Shown here: one piece after another, positions 28,392-37,661 of the stretch | Position numbering within the stretch: position 1 is the stretch's first letter | How the letters are laid out: the number at the start of each line of letters is the position of its first letter | Virus record (IMG/VR): IMGVR_UViG_3300048576_000518 | Span: 1-46,479 of that record | Strand: one strand, 5' to 3' | DNA length: 46,479 bases | Source of the DNA: a virus | Taxonomy: Duplodnaviria; Caudoviricetes | Program-made: the position numbers and the translations under genes | Notes under the pieces: generated by a model | Seen by the model: the letters and a program-made list of their open reading frames with translations, nothing else | What the model was told of the DNA's origin: nothing | The model's database searches: none

Positions 28392-28735
28392 TCATCGCCT
28401 CCCATAAGATGGTTGATTATCATATTTGACAATTCACCTATTTCTTTTGATGTGGGGTTTACCCTCAACTTAAGCCATAGGTATTTTATCCAGTTGCCTC
28501 GTGAGATAATCCAAAGCAATCCGTTCAGGATATGCCTATAGTTTCGGGGTATTTCTGCCAATATGGTTACTTTAGAATATTCAGCATCTATCCCAACCTT
28601 TGACCATTCTCCCAACGCCTTGCATATAGTTTTCATGGTAGGCGGATATATCTTATATAGTTTTCCCGATATGTTCATGACTTTGAAGTCAATTCCCAAT
28701 AGGCTATCGGATATTAATTTTGAAGCTTCATTCAT
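28331..28735 (-). CDS. Tail assembly chaperone (gpG-like)
   Basis: Between major tail and tape measure; ends in a DDFF slippery site. Confidence 0.75.
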   Translation of the reverse strand: MNEASKLISDSLLGIDFKVMNISGKLYKIYPPTMKTICKALGEWSKVGIDAEYSKVTILAEIPRNYRHILNGLLWIISRGNWIKYLWLKLRVNPTSKEIGELSNMIINHLMGGDDFFACAALVKQATQIAAKQQ

Positions 28736-28746
28736 AACATTAAATT

Positions 28747-28782
28747 AAAAAAGGCGGTGGCGTATTGTACAGCTACCGCCCC
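28747..28782 (-). terminator. Intrinsic terminator after the major tail gene
   Basis: GGCGGTAGC...GCCACCGCC followed by TTTTTT. Confidence 0.75.
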
Positions 28783-28802
28783 GGTTTATTTATTGATTTT
28801 TA

Positions 28803-29360
28803 TTATGCCGAAGCCGCTTCCACGGCATCCGCGTCAAAATTGTACTCGCTGCTAACCCCGGTAACCGTTGGAGTCTGTACCAATCCTTTAACAGGAATAG
28901 CGATTGCCTTGTCAGTGGTGGCTTCGCGCGCCACAATCTGACAATTTGGGAAGATAAACCAAACATCATCATCAGTAAGGCAGAATAAAACTTTATGAAT
29001 GGTCACTTTTTCCAGTGACCGCTTCCATCCGATTTTAGCCGATGCTGTGCCGGTAATAACCGTTCCTCCCATCAATGCCGCTTTTGACGTATAGTCGTAT
29101 TGGCCGATAGTAAATGAAGGGGTGATATCGCCGGGCACAGTATCGTGGCGATAATTCAATCCGGTCAACTGATTTTTATACCCGGTAACAGAGGCTTCCG
29201 TTTCTTCAATCTGCCAAGTTTCCCCATGGACGTTCTGAACGATATTACCTGCTGTATCTGCAGCAGCAATAAGCGTCTTGGCAATAAGCGGAGTAATGTC
29301 GGCTGTAACTACCGAAGTATCCGCATACAAAATCTTTTTAATACCTGTTGCTGTAATCAT
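28803..29360 (-). CDS. Major tail (tube) protein
   Basis: Position, 185 aa, Thr/Ala-rich beta composition. Confidence 0.75.
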   Translation of the reverse strand: MITATGIKKILYADTSVVTADITPLIAKTLIAAADTAGNIVQNVHGETWQIEETEASVTGYKNQLTGLNYRHDTVPGDITPSFTIGQYDYTSKAALMGGTVITGTASAKIGWKRSLEKVTIHKVLFCLTDDDVWFIFPNCQIVAREATTDKAIAIPVKGLVQTPTVTGVSSEYNFDADAVEAASA

Positions 29361-29361
29361 T

Positions 29362-29754
29362 TTATTTCACATTTAAAATTTCAAACAATAATCTTATATT
29401 CACGAAGTGACATCCTAACTCGGAGTCCTCTTCAATAGATGAGGTGTAAATTGAAACATGATATACACTTGAGTCAAATTTACCAGAATAGCTGTCAAAT
29501 ATTGAATAAGCCATCCTTTCAAGCGCATTGAGCCTTACAAGGTTTGCTTCGCCCGATATATTCGGCACATTCAAATTCACCTCGACAAAACCTTTCTTCC
29601 AGTAAGTGCTTGCAACATTCCCTTTAGCTATTATGACGATTCTTTCATCTGTTACTTTACCTAAAGGGATACCGCCTTTCTGGTATATCTTTGAAATGCC
29701 AAAATCCCGGCATTTTGCAAAAACAATATTGGCTACGTCACTAGTTGTTATCAT
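29362..29754 (-). CDS. Tail terminator / completion protein
   Basis: Position and size in the neck operon. Confidence 0.6.
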   Translation of the reverse strand: MITTSDVANIVFAKCRDFGISKIYQKGGIPLGKVTDERIVIIAKGNVASTYWKKGFVEVNLNVPNISGEANLVRLNALERMAYSIFDSYSGKFDSSVYHVSIYTSSIEEDSELGCHFVNIRLLFEILNVK

Positions 29755-30155
29755 CTTTCAAACTTATCCTTTAATAGCTTTTCGGCGTGCAATGCAGCAC
29801 CGCTCAACACATCATATCCTTTAGCCTCAACGAACGAGGCATATTGGACTATTTTACCGTCAGGAGTTCCAGTTACCACATCAACCTTGTCAGGGTCAAT
29901 TACCATATCTGCAAAATCCACGGATGCTTCACCGTTCACGCTTGTGGCGTCGTTATAGAGCAAAAGCCCTTCCTTGTCAACCAGATACTTGTTTGATTTG
30001 CGAAGCGTTCCTGTACGGTTTTTATACTCCCCATTCTGGATTGCATAGTCAACGGCGGATTCCCCGGCTTCAACCATTGCCGGCACAACTTCATCCTTGA
30101 TAAAGGAGTCAACCTGCTTCAGCATGTCGTCTATTTCGGAAAAATCTATACCCAT
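29751..30155 (-). CDS. HK97 gp10-like neck protein
   Basis: YKNRTGTLRKS and YASFVEAKGYDV motifs. Confidence 0.7.
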   Translation of the reverse strand: MGIDFSEIDDMLKQVDSFIKDEVVPAMVEAGESAVDYAIQNGEYKNRTGTLRKSNKYLVDKEGLLLYNDATSVNGEASVDFADMVIDPDKVDVVTGTPDGKIVQYASFVEAKGYDVLSGAALHAEKLLKDKFER

Positions 30156-30469
30156 AGTGCAGTTACATTAAAGTAATTTGACCTTTTAGGAATATAAACC
30201 TTACCCTCAGCTATTGGTAAAATACCAGATAACACCCTGATTGACTCACCCGAGGTAACGGATATATGCCCTTTACAGAATATTTTATATTTCGGCGTGT
30301 AGACAGACCCGTTTTCAGAGGTAAAGTATTGAGTAGTATTATCTGAACATCGGCAAGGACATACATCAGTCCATGAAGCACCGCCAGTCCTAGGAATTAT
30401 TCTTCCGAATTCGTCCCGCTCTGGATCTGTGATCACTTCTTTTTGTAGTATGTGCGGATATTTTACCAT
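30146..30469 (-). CDS. Head closure / stopper protein
   Basis: Position; ITDPERDEFG motif. Confidence 0.6.
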   Translation of the reverse strand: MVKYPHILQKEVITDPERDEFGRIIPRTGGASWTDVCPCRCSDNTTQYFTSENGSVYTPKYKIFCKGHISVTSGESIRVLSGILPIAEGKVYIPKRSNYFNVTALWV

Positions 30470-30792
30470 GATGAACCAGACCTCCCGCGTGGAACTTGGA
30501 TAGAATTACCCAGCGAGTTTGCCTTGTCAGCTTCCTCATTGGCCAAGTAAAGCTCTTTGGCCTTGCCGATATACCATTTACGAGGATATGCGACTGATAA
30601 TTCACCCTCCGAAAAATCAGGCAACCCGCCAATCATGGCATATATGTCGGCCACTGCCAGTTGTACCGACTGCTTGGCTTCCACGGAATAGGTGGCCGCC
30701 CCGTCGATGGAGCGGTCAACCAATACTGTGCTTATGAAGCTTTCGCCGTCTCCAACGCCCGGATAGGATTGTATGGCCTCAAGGATCGTCAT
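30463..30792 (-). CDS. Head-tail adaptor protein
   Basis: Follows the capsid gene; PDFSEGELSV motif. Confidence 0.6.
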   Translation of the reverse strand: MTILEAIQSYPGVGDGESFISTVLVDRSIDGAATYSVEAKQSVQLAVADIYAMIGGLPDFSEGELSVAYPRKWYIGKAKELYLANEEADKANSLGNSIQVPRGRSGSSW

Positions 30793-30795
30793 GAC

Positions 30796-31965
30796 TTAGT
30801 CTTCCACCTTGTTTGATTCAGGATCCACATCTTCGCCAAGGAATGAAGCCGGAACATTGTCAGTGCCTTCCGTATCCTCGTTGGCAGCCCATGCGGCACC
30901 GTCGGCCTTCAGGATGTACATTGCATCCGGATCGTTGACCACGGGGAAGGCGTTGGCTTCCGCTTTTGTCCATTCCTTGAACGGCTCTTCTGTGGAGAAC
31001 TTCGTGATAAGGACAAAATCCTGTTTCACCATGATGGCTTTCTTCTGGATCGAAGCGGAATTCTCGGCGGCGATAGGGCCGTGCTGGATGTCGCCCACGT
31101 TCAAGTCTTCCAAGAAACAAATCCGTTTGCGTTCCCATGGGTTTACCGTTGTGCGGCGGTGGTTCTTCGTCTCCACGCGAACCGCCGGCGATATGGTCAC
31201 GATCTGCACGGGGATTTCTTGCTCGGCCAGATATTCGTTGATCACCGTCTTGGTGACAATGATCTTGGATGTCTGGTTGATCCACGCCTTGATCTTGTCA
31301 ATTGTCGCCTTTTGTTTCTTCAAAAGGGCAAAATCGGCCGTGTGCATGATGACATACTTGATATTCACGCCATCGGCAGAGGCGGCGGTTATCACATCAT
31401 CGATGTCCTGCAGGCCGTCCGCCGTATTCGTGTTGGCCCAATCAGCAGACGAAACCTTCTTGTTGGCTTCGAGCATCCCGCATCCGACAAATTCAGCCGT
31501 CACAAGGCCATTGTTGTTTTGGGCATTCAAGTGGAATCCCCCTTTGGACATCAGCTGCATGCACCACCACTCGAAACGGGCGCGCACGGAATTGTAAACG
31601 AAATCCTGGTCCTTGAAGGCAAGGTTCAGCACCTCCATCTGTTGGGCATCACCCGCCGCATCGTTTTGAAGCTGCAAATACTCGTTGTACTCGCTTTCGT
31701 TCATTCCCCGCTTGACGGCTGTCTTGGGGATATCCCCCGAAAGCTTGCTGATTACCTCGCGCGTCTTTTGCGGAGCCGAGGAATCGAAGCTGATAACGTC
31801 GGCAACAACCGGAGCGCCTTTTTCCCCCACAAGGGTTTCCCATTTCAGGGATGTCTTTTGTTTGACCCCGAAAAAGTTAGGGAAATACATCTGGCGCACA
31901 AACCTCGTGTTGAGACGTGCCGCCATGTTTTTTCTGTTTACCTGTTTGATTAACGATCTTTCCAT
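30796..31965 (-). CDS. Major capsid protein (lambda GpE-like)
   Basis: 389 aa; ADVISFDSSAP, VRARFEWWCMQ, KAEANAFPV; position after scaffold and decoration genes. Confidence 0.88.
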   Translation of the reverse strand: MERSLIKQVNRKNMAARLNTRFVRQMYFPNFFGVKQKTSLKWETLVGEKGAPVVADVISFDSSAPQKTREVISKLSGDIPKTAVKRGMNESEYNEYLQLQNDAAGDAQQMEVLNLAFKDQDFVYNSVRARFEWWCMQLMSKGGFHLNAQNNNGLVTAEFVGCGMLEANKKVSSADWANTNTADGLQDIDDVITAASADGVNIKYVIMHTADFALLKKQKATIDKIKAWINQTSKIIVTKTVINEYLAEQEIPVQIVTISPAVRVETKNHRRTTVNPWERKRICFLEDLNVGDIQHGPIAAENSASIQKKAIMVKQDFVLITKFSTEEPFKEWTKAEANAFPVVNDPDAMYILKADGAAWAANEDTEGTDNVPASFLGEDVDPESNKVED

Positions 31966-31984
31966 TTATAAGAAGATTTTTAGA

Positions 31985-32614
31985 TTAGACAATACGGATC
32001 CCCTGTGCTTTCAGGCGGGTTTTCAACGCTGAATCAAGAGGGAATGGAAGAACTGAACCGTTGACTGTCCCCCGCACAAGCAGTCCGCAGGATTGGTTTG
32101 CAACAGTCAGGTCAACCTTGCTCATGGTGATCACGAGTTCGGAGGAAGTGTCGCCGTAGGGTGGCAGAGCGGAACCAGCGGCGGCTTTAGCCTTTGCTTG
32201 CACAAGCACCGCATCCACGGCAGCGGCCCCGATAGATCCGTCAACAGTGATCACGTCGTAAGCGGCATTTGATTTGTCGATAGCCGTGATTGCATCCGAA
32301 GCGCCGGTATATCCACCTCCAACGGTAATGGCGTCACCAATAGCAAGCAGGTGATTCTTCTTTACCTGATAGGTGGTTGCCCCGGCAGCGGCTACCGCCT
32401 GAACGGATGCTGTTTTCAACGCATGGTAAACGCCCGTGCCAGGGTCTTTCACCACGACCACCAGCGGCGGCAATTCATCCAAAGGCACATTCTTGAAAAT
32501 GGCCGTCACCAGGTCGGAACGGGAAATTGTCCCGCCGCCTTGCACATCCTCGAGGATGAGTTCAATCCCGGGATGGTACTGGAATTCTCTTTCTCTTTTT
32601 AAGTACATAATCAA
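31985..32614 (-). CDS. Head decoration protein
   Basis: Ala/Val/Gly-rich; lies between scaffold and capsid genes. Confidence 0.65.
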   Translation of the reverse strand: MIMYLKREREFQYHPGIELILEDVQGGGTISRSDLVTAIFKNVPLDELPPLVVVVKDPGTGVYHALKTASVQAVAAAGATTYQVKKNHLLAIGDAITVGGGYTGASDAITAIDKSNAAYDVITVDGSIGAAAVDAVLVQAKAKAAAGSALPPYGDTSSELVITMSKVDLTVANQSCGLLVRGTVNGSVLPFPLDSALKTRLKAQGIRIV

Positions 32615-32630
32615 TAAAGAATTTAGGTTA

Positions 32631-33311
32631 TTAACTCAAGCCCAAGTCAACCTTTCCCGGGTTGTTTTGGGATACATCGCTATCCATCAGCTTGGCCCAG
32701 TCTTCCACCGAGCGGTCTTTCACCTCAAAGCTTCCAGGCCTGAAATCTCCCGAAGCGACACGCGCGTCAATGGCTTTCTGCTGGATACCCGTGTACTCTT
32801 CCGTCAAGGCCTTTACCTGATCCTCGATTGTTGTCTCTGAGTTCACGTCAATACGGGGGAGCCAGCCTTCAGGGAGTTCAGCAGTTTTCAACAGTAATGC
32901 TGCGGTTGTCTTTTTCGCTTCTTCGCCCGCTTTCTTTTGGCCGCCTTCAATCAGGGCTTTCATTTCTTCCAGCTGCTTGTTTTGGGCTTCGATCAATGCT
33001 TTCACGGACGGGTCAAGACCTTTGGTGTCTCCGGCACCGGGTGCGTGTTCTTCAATCGGCTTTCCATCTTTCAATTTGTGGGCGGCTTCGTATTCGGCGA
33101 TGGCCGCTTCTTTCGCAGATTTCTCGGCTGCCGTCTTGGCCGCTGTTTCCGCCTCGGTGATAGCCGGAAGGATGTCTTCCGCAAAGGAATCAATGGCGGC
33201 CGCAACATCCTCTTCTTTCTCCACCTTGTAGGCTTTGAGGATACGGCTTGCATGCTTTTCGCTTATTCCTTTTTCCTTCAGCGATTTTTTAATAAGATCG
33301 ATGATTTTCAT
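32631..33311 (-). CDS. Capsid scaffolding protein
   Basis: Ala/Glu/Lys-rich helical protein upstream of the capsid genes. Confidence 0.7.
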   Translation of the reverse strand: MKIIDLIKKSLKEKGISEKHASRILKAYKVEKEEDVAAAIDSFAEDILPAITEAETAAKTAAEKSAKEAAIAEYEAAHKLKDGKPIEEHAPGAGDTKGLDPSVKALIEAQNKQLEEMKALIEGGQKKAGEEAKKTTAALLLKTAELPEGWLPRIDVNSETTIEDQVKALTEEYTGIQQKAIDARVASGDFRPGSFEVKDRSVEDWAKLMDSDVSQNNPGKVDLGLS

Positions 33312-33449
33312 ACACTTGATTTTAAAATTGATGTTTTTACTTTAAAATATAAATCTGTCTTTGTTTTATATTTTAATTATGATTTTCAGTTTGCGTACTT
33401 TTACTTTTGTTTTTCATAAGTTATTTATTTAGTTGAGTTATTTGTAAAT

Positions 33450-33483
33450 AAAAAGAGGCTGCCAGTGATAGTAGCCTCTTTTT
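33450..33483. terminator. Bidirectional intrinsic terminator
   Basis: AAAAAGAGGCTGC-cagtgata-GTAGCCTCTTTTT. Confidence 0.8.
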
Positions 33484-33487
33484 GAAT

Positions 33488-33631
33488 TTAGCAATGAATT
33501 ATGTTTTTGATCCTACAAAATAAGACTTTGATTCGCAAATAATACACATACCATCTCCTTGGCCTAATAATTACGGACAATACCGTTCCCATTGCAGGAG
33601 TTTTTGACATCCTGAATTTTAATTTATTCAT
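33488..33631 (-). CDS. Possible 47-aa basic peptide
   Basis: Manual translation MNKLKFRMSKTPAMGTVLSVIIRPRRWYVYYLRIKVLFCRIKNIIHC*, ending just before the terminator. Confidence 0.3.
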   Translation of the reverse strand: MNKLKFRMSKTPAMGTVLSVIIRPRRWYVYYLRIKVLFCRIKNIIHC

Positions 33632-33788
33632 AATATTTAAATTGTTAGCTTATCATTTCCCGTTTTAAACCTCCGTGCAGGACGAGACTCGTTTCAATAA
33701 TAAAATTGACCCAATAAATTCTACAAGCGCTTTCATTTTGTTGTATCTACTTATTTTACACAATTGACATTTTTGCCGTTATTTACTA

Positions 33789-35258
33789 TCAAAATGTAGA
33801 ATTTGGGAGAATATTCTGTCCTGCCGCTTTCATAGCATCCTCTTCCATCCGCTTGATCTCACCCTCTACATCGCCGGGAGGAGTGAGCGGGGAGTTGGAC
33901 ACGACCGTCTGCTGGCTGTTGAATGCTTTTCCGCCATTAGCCAACGACAACACTTGCGCTTCTTCGACAGGATCTTGCGGCAATATTGATCTGAATTTAA
34001 CGGTGATCCAGTTGTTGGCCAATTGCTGCTTGTATTTGATGTTGGTGATATTCGCTATTCCAGCGGTCACGATAGTCACACAGCGCATGAGTGCAGGCCT
34101 GAAAGTGCGTAGATTTATCTTTGCCTTTATCTCAGCATCGAGCATCATGAAACGGCGGGAAACCCCGGACAGGTTGCCGATCGCTTTCAAGTTGTCAAAA
34201 GATAGGTCTGGCAACGATGCGCCCGCAAACATCTCGCTTTTGTTGGTTTCCAACTCCTTCACCACCGAATCGATAGACTGCTGCCACGAGAGGAAATCAG
34301 CATCGCCGTGATATTCTTTACCTGAATCAGGGTTAACCTTCTGGGGAAATTGGATCTCTTTGCCAACGGTGTTTTTCCCCGGCAAATTGGTCTCGCCAAA
34401 CACTTTCATGATGGGTTCGGCGAAATAGTCGTTCGTGTCGGCCATCCGTGAAAGCCTCATTTCCCTTGCATCCAGCGTAGAAGCTGATTCGTCCCATGCC
34501 GGTTCAAATACCTCTGCATACACCACTGGGAGCAATCCCCAAATATTCTGCTGTTCTACTATCTGCCAATCTCCGCTTGTCTGTGTGGCCGTGATGAATT
34601 TCTCTTTGGTGAGGATCAGCGCTTGTTCCCGAAGCATATTTTCATCATCCAGCACCTGGTACCGATGTATGAACCCGTCCATTTTCCCATTGTCAAAATG
34701 CGGGTAAAACTCAAATACTGTATCCGTATCTTGGGGGAGGCTTAAGATCTTACAATTCAGTTCGGATGTTGATCTGCCGCTCCAATGCTCGTATATGGTT
34801 GGGTAGAACAGGATAGCCGCCTTGGTTTCGGACAGCACTTTCTCTGCAAATTCAATGAGAACGTCCTGCATCCCAAGTACACGGGTCCAGACACGCTTAA
34901 ACTCGGCGAATCCGTCATCCTGATTGTCAGCGCTCACCATCATGTCGCCTCCGAACATCATTGCTGTATCTGTCCTAACGAGCTTTCGAGGGAAATTTGT
35001 CACAATACGGGCCACATCGACAATTTTGTCATCCAACCTTATGGGATTGCCATCCTTATCTGTCAGGGTGTCGGAATATTGTTCAAGGCGTTTGGGTTCA
35101 CGCCATCCCACGGAAGCCTTCCTTCTCCTGCGCTCCCCGTCATATTCTTCCTTGTATTCAACGGGCCTGCGGTTTTCGATAGTGTCAACGCATAGCTTGC
35201 TGACGACTTGGCCGAAATCATCCTTGTACTTATCTAATATGCTTTTGATTGGTGGCAT
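33789..35258 (-). CDS. Portal protein (SPP1 gp6-like)
   Basis: RIVTNFPRKLV, PVVYAE, DTNDYFAEP, PDLSFDNLK..GNLSGV; ATG at 35258 preferred as start. Confidence 0.88.
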   Translation of the reverse strand: MPPIKSILDKYKDDFGQVVSKLCVDTIENRRPVEYKEEYDGERRRRKASVGWREPKRLEQYSDTLTDKDGNPIRLDDKIVDVARIVTNFPRKLVRTDTAMMFGGDMMVSADNQDDGFAEFKRVWTRVLGMQDVLIEFAEKVLSETKAAILFYPTIYEHWSGRSTSELNCKILSLPQDTDTVFEFYPHFDNGKMDGFIHRYQVLDDENMLREQALILTKEKFITATQTSGDWQIVEQQNIWGLLPVVYAEVFEPAWDESASTLDAREMRLSRMADTNDYFAEPIMKVFGETNLPGKNTVGKEIQFPQKVNPDSGKEYHGDADFLSWQQSIDSVVKELETNKSEMFAGASLPDLSFDNLKAIGNLSGVSRRFMMLDAEIKAKINLRTFRPALMRCVTIVTAGIANITNIKYKQQLANNWITVKFRSILPQDPVEEAQVLSLANGGKAFNSQQTVVSNSPLTPPGDVEGEIKRMEEDAMKAAGQNILPNSTF

Positions 35259-35286
35259 AAGCGAATCGTTTTCTGTAAAATATAAA

Positions 35287-35405
35287 CAGGAGATACATTT
35301 CTGCACCGCCTGCTTATTATATCCTTGGGTATCCTATCGAATTAGCTACTTCCGAAACAAACACGCCTTATTTGCAACTAAAGCAAGGTTTGCTTTCAGA
35401 TACCC
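35287..35405 (-). ncRNA. Candidate multi-stem structured RNA plus GAAA-capped hairpin
   Basis: Nested pairings GGGTATC/GATACCC, AAAGCAA/TTGCTTT and TAGTTGC/GTAGCTA; then CAGG-CGGTGCA-GAAA-TGTATCT-CCTG. Confidence 0.4.
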
Positions 35406-35422
35406 TTTCCATCAAAATAGTT

Positions 35423-35492
35423 TGCGAACGGTAAGGGAATCGAACCCTTTAGGTGCATTACAAACCGACTGCACTTAAGCCAAAAACCGCTC
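35423..35492 (-). ncRNA. tRNA-like element (acceptor stem and T-arm, no D-arm)
   Basis: GAGCGGT/ACCGTTC acceptor stem; AAGGG-TTCGATT-CCCTT T-arm; central GTGCA/TGCAC stem. Confidence 0.55.
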
Positions 35493-35565
35493 ATTTAATC
35501 TAATATATAAACCCGAGGTAAATTTACTTCGCTCCTACCAGCTAAATATTCCCGACACAGCCCGA

Positions 35566-37041
35566 TCACCTCGCCCCCGTACCTCTTGCAACCTGTCTTT
35601 GCTGTTCGCCTTTGAGATTTCCCTTGATGGATTCGAAGAACTCGGCGAGAATGGTCAAGCTATCGGGCGCATCGTCGTGGGCGTTGCCTCCCTCTTTCTT
35701 GTACTTGCACAGCCATTGCATGAACCACCAGTAGTCCGACCCCTTGGTATATTCTGATTCATCCAAGAAATGGCAATGAGCTTTTACCCACCCGGATTTC
35801 ATCAGGATTCGGGTTTCTTTGTGCTTGGTCGTTGGTCGTGCCTGGATAAGGCACTTGTTTAACCTGTCATTCTCTTTCACCAAGCGGCGCACATCGTTGG
35901 CGAATATCTTGCCCCCGTTATTGGACTCGATCCGCATCTGGTCGGGCTTGATGTCGATCACCATTTGGGCAAGGCGCGGCCCGGTGATCTCAACTGCATC
36001 CTTTGTGAATAAGACGTGGGTGATAAACAATTCCGTCCCGAATACAGGAGAAAACGGGGAACTGAAATAGTCATCGCCTTCGTCGGCTACATCCGTAGCC
36101 CCGATAATTCCATCCGGAACGCGCCCTTGTATATCCGCTTTCTTGAATCGCTTGAGGGCTGATTTCGGGAATAATAATCCTTTCGCTTCGAACGGCTCTT
36201 GCTGGTATTCGGCCATCCAAATACTTTCTTCTGTTTCGGCCCGTAGCTCCTGGTAATACTCGCTGGTATGGACATCCTCGCAGAATGAGCGGTCATTCTC
36301 ATCCAGTGCGGCAATACGAATAATCTCGTTATAATACTTCCCGTCCCGGGATTCTTCCAAACGCCCAAGCACGTCGCTTGCCGACCAACGGGTACCGATG
36401 TCGATAGAGCAGCAATTGCCCTCGATACGCGAATCGTGCGTTCCCTGTTTCCAGCTCCAGGTCTTTTCGTTGTTGTTGTCCGAAAGCGCATCTTCCAAAC
36501 TCTTGTACAAGTCGTCCGTCACGGCCAACATGGAAGCCCCGAAACCAATAACAGTGCCACCAACCCCGGCACCGAAATAACTTACCTGCCTTGCACCTTC
36601 CACGCTCCACCCGTGGACGTTCTGCTTGTCTGTCTTTAGCCTGATGGTCGAAAATATCTCCCGGTATTTCCTTGAACGGACAATGTCGCGGGTATCATAA
36701 GATAGCTTGTTGTACAATGGATCGGCGCAAGTATTCCGCATTACGGATTCTTCAGGGAAATGACCGAACATCCAGCTGATGAAAAGTGATGTGATGTAGG
36801 ATTTTCCAGCCCGTGGAGGCATGCTCACGGCGAGCCGGTAGATCGTGCCGTTGGAGTAAGAGACAAAGACCCGCATGAAAGCCTCGGCCACACGCTTGAG
36901 GAAAGGACGGCGCGAGAAAAACGAAGGATCCATATACAAGCAATAGGCCCAGAAATCGTTTCTGGCCTGCAGCTTGCGTTTGGAGTGTATAGCTTCCGCA
37001 ATAAGCAATTTTTCCTTATGTGTTTTACTGGTCGCCTTCAC
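35566..37041 (-). CDS. terL: Terminase large subunit
   Basis: SMPPRAGKS Walker A, VTDDLYK Walker B, IGTRW, EYQQEP, HDDAPDS nuclease motif. Confidence 0.93.
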   Translation of the reverse strand: MKATSKTHKEKLLIAEAIHSKRKLQARNDFWAYCLYMDPSFFSRRPFLKRVAEAFMRVFVSYSNGTIYRLAVSMPPRAGKSYITSLFISWMFGHFPEESVMRNTCADPLYNKLSYDTRDIVRSRKYREIFSTIRLKTDKQNVHGWSVEGARQVSYFGAGVGGTVIGFGASMLAVTDDLYKSLEDALSDNNNEKTWSWKQGTHDSRIEGNCCSIDIGTRWSASDVLGRLEESRDGKYYNEIIRIAALDENDRSFCEDVHTSEYYQELRAETEESIWMAEYQQEPFEAKGLLFPKSALKRFKKADIQGRVPDGIIGATDVADEGDDYFSSPFSPVFGTELFITHVLFTKDAVEITGPRLAQMVIDIKPDQMRIESNNGGKIFANDVRRLVKENDRLNKCLIQARPTTKHKETRILMKSGWVKAHCHFLDESEYTKGSDYWWFMQWLCKYKKEGGNAHDDAPDSLTILAEFFESIKGNLKGEQQRQVARGTGAR

Positions 37042-37549
37042 TGTTCAATCTTTCAGGATCCACCCCGTTAGACCTGAGGTATTCGTCAAGTTCGCTCTCG
37101 GTCATGCTGTCAAACTTGTTATGTATCTCCATTGATCCCTCAAGTTCCTTCTTGTCCGCAAGGCCAAGTTTCCGGGCAATGATGTTTGCATTAAATGCGC
37201 CGACAGCAGCCCCTTCGAATTGCTGGGTTTCGATAATCTCCTCTATGCGTGTTATGACCGTAGAAAAATCTTCACCGCACCTTTCCTTAAACTGTCTGAA
37301 ATAAGCCTGATTACAATCAAGGTAGATGCAAAGTCCGCTCATCGTATAAGGCCTTTGAGTAGGGACGCTTATCAATGTTCCTGCATTGTCGCCACTCTTA
37401 ATAGCTTCCTGTTTCTTCCATGGATTCTTATCGCACCATGTAAAATACTCGCAAGCAGCCTCCCAAAGCATGTCGGGGGTTGCAAAAAGAGTATCACGCC
37501 CATGTTTTGAGCGAAGCTTCCAGAACTTATTACCACGAGGAGCTGACAT
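37025..37549 (-). CDS. terS: Terminase small subunit (P22 gp3-like)
   Basis: MSAPRGNKFWKLRSKHGR, LWEAACEYFTW, GAAVGAFNANIIARKLGLADK. Confidence 0.9.
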   Translation of the reverse strand: MSAPRGNKFWKLRSKHGRDTLFATPDMLWEAACEYFTWCDKNPWKKQEAIKSGDNAGTLISVPTQRPYTMSGLCIYLDCNQAYFRQFKERCGEDFSTVITRIEEIIETQQFEGAAVGAFNANIIARKLGLADKKELEGSMEIHNKFDSMTESELDEYLRSNGVDPERLNSEGDQ

Positions 37550-37571
37550 AGAGAGTTTGTTGTAAAATATA

Positions 37572-37603
37572 AGCCCCGTCTAACTTCACAGCTAAACGGG
37601 GCT
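37572..37603 (-). terminator. GUGA-tetraloop hairpin after the Rha gene
   Basis: AGCCCCGUUUAGCU-GUGA-AGUUAGACGGGGCU followed by UAUAUUUU. Confidence 0.7.
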
Positions 37604-37661
37604 AAAGGAAAATCAAAAAGTAATGAGCACGTCATTTTAATATTCATATCTCATTCTACTA

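Noticed and set aside
30809-33419. Long + strand ORFs (30809-31597, 31081-31953, 32937-33419 and others)
   Set aside because: They are antisense shadows of GC-rich capsid and scaffold genes with no recognisable motifs
35259-35306. ORF-track 5' extension of the portal (GTG start at 35306)
   Set aside because: It runs through the promoter motif and hairpin; the ATG at 35258 is more plausible
35287-35420. Theta/HDV-like or hammerhead ribozyme downstream of the tRNA-like element
   Set aside because: I could not find the P2 partner strand of an HDV fold, nor the CUGAUGA/GAAA hammerhead core
35423-35492. Functional canonical tRNA gene
   Set aside because: No D-arm and no proper 5-bp anticodon stem around a 7-nt loop; kept only as tRNA-like
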